DNA of 64,000 nucleotides from Myxococcaceae bacterium (GTDB lineage Bacteria; Myxococcota; Myxococcia; Myxococcales; Myxococcaceae): NCBI GenBank assembly GCA_044223505.1, contig JBGALX010000012.1, positions 154,174 to 218,173 of the forward strand, read 5' to 3'. Shown piece by piece: positions 31,660 to 39,837 of this stretch (position 1 is its first letter; each line of letters starts with the position of its first letter). The notes under the pieces were generated by a model. It saw only the letters and a program-made list of their open reading frames with translations, ran no database searches and was not told where the DNA came from. The position numbers and the translations under genes were made by a program.

Positions 31660-33126
31660 TCAGCGCTCGACGCGCTCGAACAGGCGGTCGAAGTACGCCC
31701 GCAGGTTCGGAGTCGTCTCGGGCATGAACTGGTTGCCTGAGACGTAGGCGGCGAACGCTTCGGCGAACGCCTCTTCGCGGCCGGCTTCGCCTTCCTGGGT
31801 CAGGTAGGTACGGCCGAGGCGCTGCAGGTTCGCGCGGTCGGTGTCGTACGCCTGGCGGAACTCGCGGCTGTCAGAGACCGCGCCGCTCGCGAGCCCGAAC
31901 GCGTCGCGCAGGTCGAGCGCGTGGCCGATCTCGTGCACGAGCAGATCGAGCGAGCCGTGGTCGTCGCTCAGCATGCGGCCGCCGCTCGCGCTCGCCTCGG
32001 TCGACACGATCACCGAGCGCGACTCGGGGTGATAGATGCCCGGCACGTCGTGGAAGGTGCGGCCCTCGTGCCAGCCGCGCGGCGTCTCGTTGGCCAGCGA
32101 CGGCACCACGTCGACGACGCTCTCGCGGCCGACCCGAATCGGAATCTTCCGCTCGTCGAGCGCGCGCAGCACCGGCATCGGCAGGCGCGCGACGTGCTCG
32201 GCGACCGCCGCGACGTCTTCGGCGGTCGCGTGGCCCGCGGCGCGCACGATGCGGTTCGCGAGCGCGCGGCGCTCGGGCGTCAACTCGGTAGCCTCGGCGA
32301 GCATGCGCGAAGCGGGCGGCGGCCAGTTCGCCGCGGCGCCCGTGCCGTCGGCGCGCATCGTGATGCCGGCGACCGGCGTGCCCGCATTCGTCAGCCGGTA
32401 CATCAGCCGCAGCATGCCGAGGTTGCTCTCCGAGAGCGCCGCTCCGCCCGAGTGCGCGGCGACGAACTGCGCGTGAGCGGTGACCTCGCGCGTGTCGAGC
32501 ACTCCGTCGCCGTTGCCGTTCTGGTCGGCGAACTGAGCGACCGGCCGCAGGCCCTCGGACACCGAGCTCACCGCGACGCCCATCGCCGGAGCGCCCGCGG
32601 GCGGTGGAGCCGTCGGGTCGGGCGTGTCGGTGCCCCGCGTGCGCAGCGCCTCTTCGAGCTGCGGCACCGTCGACGCGTAGGCCGCCACGTTGCGAAGGCC
32701 GCGCAGCTCGCTCGTCGAGAGCTGGCCGTCGCCATTTCCGTAAGCTTCGTCGGCGAGGCGCGCGGCGAAGCGGGCCGAGCCGGTGTCGGGCACCGCGGAG
32801 ATGGCCACCGTCTTGTGCTCGCCGCGCAGCAGCTGCGCGACCGTGAAGGTCGCAGGCTCGGTGGTCGGAGCCTGGCCCGGCGCCGGCGTGACGGCCGTCT
32901 CGGGAGCCGGCGCCGGCGCGCGCAGCGCTCGACGCAGCGGCGCGATGACGCGCTCGCTCATGCCTTCGATCGAGCCGTAGCCCCGTTCGAACGCGTCGAG
33001 CTCGTCGGAGTCGAGCGTGCCGTCTCCGTTTCCAAGGTTCTTGTCGGCCCAGTCTGCGTGCGGGCGGACGCTTCGAAGATTCTCAGAAATTGAAACGGAA
33101 GCAGGCCGACGAAGAGGAGGGGGCAT
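31660..33126 (-). CDS. Anthrax-lethal-factor-like (ATLF-type) zinc metalloprotease domain protein with three EF-hand-like DxDGDG calcium-binding motifs.
   Basis: LVHEIGHALD plus EAFAEAFAAY. DKNLGNGDGTLDSDELD, NGDGQLSTSEL, DQNGNGDGVLDTREV. No signal peptide. Confidence 0.65.
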   Translation of the reverse strand: MPPPLRRPASVSISENLRSVRPHADWADKNLGNGDGTLDSDELDAFERGYGSIEGMSERVIAPLRRALRAPAPAPETAVTPAPGQAPTTEPATFTVAQLLRGEHKTVAISAVPDTGSARFAARLADEAYGNGDGQLSTSELRGLRNVAAYASTVPQLEEALRTRGTDTPDPTAPPPAGAPAMGVAVSSVSEGLRPVAQFADQNGNGDGVLDTREVTAHAQFVAAHSGGAALSESNLGMLRLMYRLTNAGTPVAGITMRADGTGAAANWPPPASRMLAEATELTPERRALANRIVRAAGHATAEDVAAVAEHVARLPMPVLRALDERKIPIRVGRESVVDVVPSLANETPRGWHEGRTFHDVPGIYHPESRSVIVSTEASASGGRMLSDDHGSLDLLVHEIGHALDLRDAFGLASGAVSDSREFRQAYDTDRANLQRLGRTYLTQEGEAGREEAFAEAFAAYVSGNQFMPETTPNLRAYFDRLFERVER

Positions 33127-33218
33127 GGTTGAGGGACCGACCTCTTCATCGTCGCGCGCGCGCGAAAATGGTTGTGTGTCGACGTGTGCTGCGGCCGTCG
33201 AGCCGGCGCTCCACCGCG

Positions 33219-33276
33219 GCTCACCGGGTTGAACGCAAGGTGCGCCGCGCTTCGTGAGAGGCGAGCGGCGGGTCTA
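33219..33276 (-). ncRNA. Second copy of the conserved stop-adjacent 3'-flank element. It lies 3' of the Ser/Thr kinase gene and 5' of the ATLF-like gene.
   Basis: Shares four blocks with 26225..26300. The outer 7-bp stem GCUCGCC/GGUGAGC is retained with a G·U pair on the minus strand. Confidence 0.4.
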
Positions 33277-34986
33277 GTAGTCGGCGCTCTTCTCGAGGTT
33301 GTCGAGCGCGACTTCGACGCGCGTGCGGTCGTCGGCCGAGAGCGGCCCGCCCTCGAGCTTCTGCCGAATGCGCTGCACCTGCTTCAAGTACAGCGCGACC
33401 TCGGCGCCCCCCTGGTGCGCCTTGTCGATGCGCGCCTCGAGCCGCTTCACGCGGCCGAGCAGCCCCGCACTCTGAATCGCCGCCTTCGGAGGAGGCGGCG
33501 GCGGAGGCGCGACGCGCGCAGCCACCGGCGGCGTCGGAGCCGGAGCAGGAGCCGGAGCAGGCGGAGGGAGCGGCGGCGGAGTCGGCGCGGGCTCGGGCGC
33601 CTTCGCGACGGGCGCAGGCTCAGGCTCGGGTGCGGGAGGAGGAAGCGGCTTCGGCTTCGGCGGCTCGGCGACGGCGACCGCGACCGGCTTCGGCGGCGCG
33701 GGCGGTGGCTGCTGCGAAGGCTCGGGCCCGAACATCATGAACCCGGCGGCGACGAACAGCGCGCCGGTGGCAGCGGCGAGCACGAACACGGGCAGCTTGC
33801 TGCGCGGCGGGAGTACCTGCGAGGTGCCGAGCGGCGGGTCGGGCTCGCGCTCGGGCTTCGGCAGCACCAGCGTCTCTTGGTGAGCCGTGAGCGGCTGCTT
33901 CGAGCGAGGCGCCACGCTCTCAGGCTGAAGCAACGTCTGCAGGTTCTTCTGCGCGTCGACGGGCCTGGGCACCTCTTGAGAGATGGGCAGAATCTGCGAG
34001 AGCACGGGCGGCTCGACGACCTCGTCCTGCATGGTGCGCGGGGCGCTCGGGTCTCGCAGGTGGGCCTTCAGCTTCACGACCTCGGCGCGGCAGTGCTCGG
34101 CGGTGCGGAAGCGCTCGGCCGGCGCCTTCGCGAGCAGGCGCAGCACGAGCTCGTCGACGGCGTCGGGCACTTCGCTGCGCAGCTGCGACGGCTTCTTCGG
34201 CTTGCTCTCGGCGTGCATCATCAGCATGCCCATCACCGAGTCCGAGTCGAACGGAGGCTGGTTGCACAACAGCTCGAACGCGATGACGCCGACCGAGTAC
34301 AGGTCCATCGTCGGAGCCGCGGCCGCGCCGCGCGCCTGCTCGGGCGCCATGTACGTCGGCGTGCCGGCGATCATGCTCGCGCGCGAGACCGGCGTGGAGC
34401 CGCCGAGCGCTCCGAGCTTGGCGATGCCGAAGTCGAGCAGCTTCACGAACCGCGCGTCGCGCTGCCGCACGAGGAAGATGTTCGACGGCTTGAGGTCGCG
34501 GTGCACGACGCCGGCCTCGTGCGCGGCGTTCAGCGCCGACAGCACCTCGTCGAGAATCTCGAGCACCTCGGCGAGCGGCATTCGCTGGCCCTTCGCGCGC
34601 AGGCCCTTGAGCACGTCCTCGAGCGGCTGGCCGTCGAGGTACTCCATGACGATGCACTGGCGGCCGTCGGGCAGCTGCCCGTACGCGAAGACGTCGATGA
34701 TGCCGCGGTGGCCGACCTGGTTCACCGCGCGCGCCTCGGAGACCAGCCGCTGCAGCTGCTCGGGGCTCTCGGCGAACTCGGGCCGCAGCACCTTGATGGC
34801 GGCGCGCTTGCCGATGACCTCGTGGTGGCCCTCGTAGACGATGCCCATGCCGCCGACGCCGAGGCGGGCCTTCACGACGTAGCCCTCGACGTTCGCGCCG
34901 ATGACCGGGTCCGAGAGCGTGGGCGCCTTGATGGAAGCGAGCGTCGACGACGCCGACGGCAGCGGGTCGGTCAGCGTCTGATCCAA
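33274..34986 (-). CDS. Ser/Thr protein kinase (Hanks-type) with a TM helix and a Pro/Ala-rich C-terminal region.
   Basis: GVGGMGIVYEG, AIKVL, HRDLKPSNIFL, DFG, APE. TTG start, so the start is uncertain. Confidence 0.9.
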   Translation of the reverse strand: MDQTLTDPLPSASSTLASIKAPTLSDPVIGANVEGYVVKARLGVGGMGIVYEGHHEVIGKRAAIKVLRPEFAESPEQLQRLVSEARAVNQVGHRGIIDVFAYGQLPDGRQCIVMEYLDGQPLEDVLKGLRAKGQRMPLAEVLEILDEVLSALNAAHEAGVVHRDLKPSNIFLVRQRDARFVKLLDFGIAKLGALGGSTPVSRASMIAGTPTYMAPEQARGAAAAPTMDLYSVGVIAFELLCNQPPFDSDSVMGMLMMHAESKPKKPSQLRSEVPDAVDELVLRLLAKAPAERFRTAEHCRAEVVKLKAHLRDPSAPRTMQDEVVEPPVLSQILPISQEVPRPVDAQKNLQTLLQPESVAPRSKQPLTAHQETLVLPKPEREPDPPLGTSQVLPPRSKLPVFVLAAATGALFVAAGFMMFGPEPSQQPPPAPPKPVAVAVAEPPKPKPLPPPAPEPEPAPVAKAPEPAPTPPPLPPPAPAPAPAPTPPVAARVAPPPPPPPKAAIQSAGLLGRVKRLEARIDKAHQGGAEVALYLKQVQRIRQKLEGGPLSADDRTRVEVALDNLEKSADY

Positions 34987-35152
34987 CGCTGCGTCTCGCT
35001 CGCTGCCCGGCGGGCGCTCGCCCTGCGGGTCCTTCTTCTTGGACGAGTCGTCGCTCAGGCGGCGCCGAGCTTAATCGCAAGCGCGCTTCACGAGCGCAAA
35101 CGTCGGCGTGTCTTCGCAGCCCGGCAGGTTCGCAGGTGGGGCTCACGGTGTA

Positions 35153-35181
35153 GGTGCCGCCCTTCAGACGAGGGCGACACC
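35153..35181 (-). terminator. Stem-loop 20 nt downstream of gnd.
   Basis: GGUGUCGCCC-ucgucugaa-GGGCGGCACC on the minus transcript, with one G·U pair that becomes A·C on the plus strand. Confidence 0.5.
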
Positions 35182-35200
35182 GCCAGCGCGAGCGCGGCCG

Positions 35201-36175
<975 letters not shown>

Positions 36176-36221
36176 GTTCGTGCTTTCCCCGTTCGAGAGA
36201 GGGCCCGTGTCTAACACGGAG

Positions 36222-37199
36222 CTAAAGCTGCTGGGCCAGAACGGCAGCGCCGCGCAGCCCGACGCCCGGCGAGTCGACGAGCGCGACCGGCAGCGCCTCG
36301 AGCATCGGCGAGAAGCGGCCCTTCGTGACGAACGCATCGCGGAACATCGGCGACTTCAGCCGCGCCGCGAGCACGTGCGAGATGTTGCCCGCGACGTAGA
36401 CGCCGCCGGTCGCCATGTAGCGCAGCACCATGTTGCCGGCCTCGGCGCCGTACGCGCGCACGAACAGGTCGACGGCGGCCCGCGCGCACGGGTTCGTGTC
36501 GGCGAGCGCGAGCCGCGTCACCTCGGCGCTGAAGTCGACGTCGGCGCCGGTCGTCGGCGCCTCGTGCTCGGGCAGCTTCTTCACGTCGCGGAAGAACTCG
36601 TAGAGGGCCTTGAGGCCCGGGCCGCTCACCACGCGCTCGGTGCTGACGCGCCCGTGGCGCGCAGCGAGGAACTGCCGCAGCTCTTCTTCGATCGGCTCGC
36701 GCGGAGCGTAGTCGCCGTGGCTGCCCTCGGTGCCGAGCGAGACGTGCCGCTCGCTCGAGTCGTCCCAGATGAGCGCCGCCTCGCCGAGCCCGGTGCCGGC
36801 CGCGATGATGCAGACGTTCTGCCCGCGGGGCTGCGGGAGCAGCGGGCCGTTGAGCGGCACGAGCTCTTTCTTGGGCGTGGCGAGCGCGCCGTGCGCCAGC
36901 GCGACGAGGTCGTTCACGAGCCGCACCTTCGGCACCTTCAGCGTCTTCGCGAGCGCGCGGCCGTCGATGACCCACGGCAGGTTCGTGGCGACGCAGCGGT
37001 TGCCCATGACCGGCCCGGCGATGCCGAAGCACGCCGAGCGGAACTTGAACTTCGTGCCGGCGAGCGCCGCCTTCAGCGCGAGCTGGAAGGACGGGAAGTC
37101 CTGGCTGGGGACACGCGCCTCGTGAACCGGCGCACCGCCCTTCGGCGGCAGCACGGCGACGCGCGTGTTGGTGCCCCCGATGTCTCCGATGAGCAGCAT
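36222..37199 (-). CDS. glk: Glucokinase.
   Basis: [15 protein letters not shown], and overall a Glk-family ROK-like fold. Confidence 0.85.
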   Translation of the reverse strand: MLLIGDIGGTNTRVAVLPPKGGAPVHEARVPSQDFPSFQLALKAALAGTKFKFRSACFGIAGPVMGNRCVATNLPWVIDGRALAKTLKVPKVRLVNDLVALAHGALATPKKELVPLNGPLLPQPRGQNVCIIAAGTGLGEAALIWDDSSERHVSLGTEGSHGDYAPREPIEEELRQFLAARHGRVSTERVVSGPGLKALYEFFRDVKKLPEHEAPTTGADVDFSAEVTRLALADTNPCARAAVDLFVRAYGAEAGNMVLRYMATGGVYVAGNISHVLAARLKSPMFRDAFVTKGRFSPMLEALPVALVDSPGVGLRGAAVLAQQL

Positions 37200-37226
37200 G
37201 ACGCGTGGTGCTATTCCTGGAACGTG

Positions 37227-37640
37227 ATGTGGAACAAGCTGATTCCGCAGCAGGCCACGCCCGTCTCGGCCGCGCTGTTACTGCTTCGTGTCGCGACGGG
37301 CGTCGCGTTCGTCACGCACGGCTGGGGCAAGATTCAGAACCCCTTCCACTGGATGGACAAGGGCGGCGACGCGGCCCCGGCGTTCTTCCAGCTGCTCGCG
37401 GCGGTGGCCGAGTTCGGCGGCGGCATCGCGCTCGTGCTCGGGCTGCTCACGCCGCTCGCGTGCTTCGGCATCTTCTGCACGATGGTGGTGGCCGTGCACC
37501 GGCACCTGACGAAGGGCGGCTCGTTCGAGCTCGCCGGCGTCTACGGGTGCATCGCCGTGCTGCTGGCCGTCACGGGGCCGGGCCGATTCTCGCTCGACGC
37601 GCTGTGGACGAGGGCTTTGAAGGTCCCTCGCGCTCCGTAA
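37227..37640 (+). CDS. DoxX-family membrane protein.
   Basis: LLLLRVATGVAFVTHGWGKI and four TM segments. Only 27 bp separate this start from the divergent glk start. Confidence 0.75.
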   Translation: MWNKLIPQQATPVSAALLLLRVATGVAFVTHGWGKIQNPFHWMDKGGDAAPAFFQLLAAVAEFGGGIALVLGLLTPLACFGIFCTMVVAVHRHLTKGGSFELAGVYGCIAVLLAVTGPGRFSLDALWTRALKVPRAP

Positions 37641-37660
37641 CGCGTTAAGAGCCCGAAGCC

Positions 37661-38311
37661 GTGGAGCTGCTGGTCGCCAGTGAGAGTCACCTCGCCGTCG
37701 AGGCGCGGCTGCGCCTGATGCGCTCGGCGGGCGAGGCCCTCGAGGCGCGCGGCGCGTTTCACATCGCGGTGCCCGGCGGCTCGGTGGCGACGCTGCTGTT
37801 CCCCTCGTTCGCCGAGGCGTCGCTCGACTGGTCGCGCGTGCACGTGTGGTGGGTCGACGAGCGCCTGGTGCCGCAGAGCCACCCCGACTCGAACTTCAAG
37901 GCCGCGCAGGAGCTCTGGCTCTCGAAGGTGCCGGCGGTCGCGCACCCGTTTCACTCGGCGTCCGAGTACGAGGCGAAGCTGCCGCGGCCGCTCGACGTGG
38001 CGCTGCTCGGGGTAGGCCCCGACGGGCACGTGGCGTCGCTCTTTCCCGGGCACCCCGGGCTCGACGAGAAGAAGAAGAGGGCGTTGGCGGTCGACGACTC
38101 GCCGAAGCCTCCGCCGCGGCGGCTGACGCTGTCGCTGCCCGAGCTCTGCTCGGCGTACGAGGTCTGGGTGATGGTCGCAGGGCAGGCGAAGGCGAAGATG
38201 CTCGCCGAAGCGCTGAGGCCCGACTCGCAGCTGCCGGTCGGGCGCGTGCTGCGCGAGGCCGAGCACATCGCGCGGCTGTGGCTGGACCCGGCGGCGGCCG
38301 CCCAGCTATGA
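37661..38311 (+). CDS. pgl: 6-phosphogluconolactonase.
   Basis: LLGVGPDGHVASLFPGHP. Confidence 0.8.
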   Translation: MELLVASESHLAVEARLRLMRSAGEALEARGAFHIAVPGGSVATLLFPSFAEASLDWSRVHVWWVDERLVPQSHPDSNFKAAQELWLSKVPAVAHPFHSASEYEAKLPRPLDVALLGVGPDGHVASLFPGHPGLDEKKKRALAVDDSPKPPPRRLTLSLPELCSAYEVWVMVAGQAKAKMLAEALRPDSQLPVGRVLREAEHIARLWLDPAAAAQL

Positions 38312-38688
38312 GCGACGGCCGCTCGATGCGCTTCGCGTTCGCACTGCTGCTCGTGGCCTGCGTGCCGTCGCCGCCCGACCTGTGTCGGCGCGGCGTCGAC
38401 CTCGAGTGCACCCGGCGCTTCGAGTGCGAGAGCGACGCGGTGAAGACGAGCGACGGCTTCCGCGGCGCCTACGGCACCAGCCTCGACGACTGCCGCACGA
38501 AGGTCGCCTCGCAGGCGAAGTGCGACGAGAAGACGTCGCAAGACGAGCTGTGCACCGGCGAAGACCAGGGCAAGGCGTTCGACCTCGGGCAGGCGCAGGC
38601 GTGCTCGAACGAGAAGAAGGCGCAGTCGTGCGCCGACTTCCTCGACCCCGCGAAGACGCCGGCGTCGTGCGGCCTGCGCTGCCGCTGA
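38308..38688 (+). CDS. Small Cys-rich lipoprotein with ten Cys residues.
   Basis: ATG overlaps the pgl TGA (ATGA). Lipobox LLVAC. Confidence 0.55.
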   Translation: MSDGRSMRFAFALLLVACVPSPPDLCRRGVDLECTRRFECESDAVKTSDGFRGAYGTSLDDCRTKVASQAKCDEKTSQDELCTGEDQGKAFDLGQAQACSNEKKAQSCADFLDPAKTPASCGLRCR

Positions 38689-39153
38689 CTACGGCTTCAT
38701 CTGCTCGGGCGTGAAGAGCTGCTGGATGCGGGCTCCGAGCGACTCCCAGGTCTTCCTCTTCGGCGGCGCCGCGAACGCGAGCTCGAGGGAGCCCATGTCG
38801 GGGAAGGCGATGGGGAAGTCGATGCGGCACGGGCCCTTCGCGCTCTCGAGGTCGTACTCGGTGACGAGCGGCAGCGCCGCGTCGTAGGCGGCGAGCTTGA
38901 ACTCGCGGCGCAGCGTCGCGACGTTGCGCTCGATGTTCTTGCGGTGCGTCGTCAGCTTCTCTTCGAGCTCGACCCGCGCGTGCTTGTGGAACTCCTGCTC
39001 GTCGGCGGGGTCCTGGAAGGTGATGCTCGGCGTCGTGAGCACGATGAGGTGGTGAGGGCCGGTCTGATGTGCTCGGGTGGCTCCGCTCGTAGCGCCTCCT
39101 CTCGGGAGCAGCAGCACGGCGGCGGCCGCGCACAGCGTGAGCGTGGTTCTCAC
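38689..39153 (-). CDS. Secreted hypothetical protein.
   Basis: Signal peptide MRTTLTLCAAAAVLLL. High GC3. Confidence 0.5.
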   Translation of the reverse strand: MRTTLTLCAAAAVLLLPRGGATSGATRAHQTGPHHLIVLTTPSITFQDPADEQEFHKHARVELEEKLTTHRKNIERNVATLRREFKLAAYDAALPLVTEYDLESAKGPCRIDFPIAFPDMGSLELAFAAPPKRKTWESLGARIQQLFTPEQMKP

Positions 39154-39188
39154 GGCGCCGCATCATGGCGGGCTAGGCTCGCCACGTC

Positions 39189-39644
39189 ATGCTTCGCCGC
39201 CAACTGCTGCTGTTCGGCGCGCTGCTCGCGCTGCTGCCCGGCGAAGCGCTCGCGCACGGCTACCGCCGGCGCCGCAGGCGAAGGCAGCGCCGCCGCCGCT
39301 ACCGCCGCGTTCGCCGCCGCATTCGACGGCGCGTGCGCTGGCGCGCGGTCGGAAAGCGGCGCGTGGTGGTGGCGCCGAAGGCGCCGCGGGTCGGCTGGGA
39401 GCTCGCCGTCTCGGGCGAGGGCCCCGCCGACGAGGTGGTGGTCGTGAAAGAGGTGAAGCCCGACGTGCTCGTGGTGGCCGGGCCCGACGGCAAGTCGCGC
39501 GAGGTCGAGTACGTGCAGGAAGACAACGACGAGAACGGCCGCGACCTCGAGGGCAGCGTGCTGCCCGACGGCGTGATGGACGGCCCGTACATGGAGAGCG
39601 ACATCAGCGAGTGGGAGCCGTACGAAGAACCCTCTCCCCCGTAG
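39189..39644 (+). CDS. Secreted protein made of a ~40-residue poly-arginine tract followed by an acidic C-terminal tail.
   Basis: Signal peptide MLRRQLLLFGALLALLPGEALA. Mature N-terminus HGYRRRRRRRQRRRRYRRVRRRIRRRVRWR. Acidic tail EDNDENGRDLEG...ESDISEWEPYEE. GC3 is near 95 % throughout the ORF. The TAG stop is supplied by REP element copy c. Confidence 0.5.
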   Translation: MLRRQLLLFGALLALLPGEALAHGYRRRRRRRQRRRRYRRVRRRIRRRVRWRAVGKRRVVVAPKAPRVGWELAVSGEGPADEVVVVKEVKPDVLVVAGPDGKSREVEYVQEDNDENGRDLEGSVLPDGVMDGPYMESDISEWEPYEEPSPP

Positions 39645-39822
39645 GGAGAGGGCAGGGTGAGGGGCGCCGCACGAGGCACGGCGGCGCAAGAGAGACAGAG
39701 TTGTTCGGGCCGTCGAAGAAACCGGAGGGCGCTCGGCGTCTCTGCTCGCGTCGATTCGACTCTTCTTCTTCCTTCGTCTACTGCCCCCTCACCCTTTCCC
39801 TCTCCCCTACGGGGGAGAGGGG
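39630..39822. mobile_element. MITE-like unit. REP-like copies c (39630..39664) and d (39785..39822, inverted) act as terminal inverted repeats around a ~120-bp core of lower GC.
   Basis: Copy c is ccctctcccccgtagggagagggcagggtgagggg. Copy d is the reverse complement of cccctctcccccgtaggggagagggaaagggtgagggg. The unit lies between convergent genes. Confidence 0.4.
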
Positions 39823-39837
39823 ACGCGTTCTCGTGGC

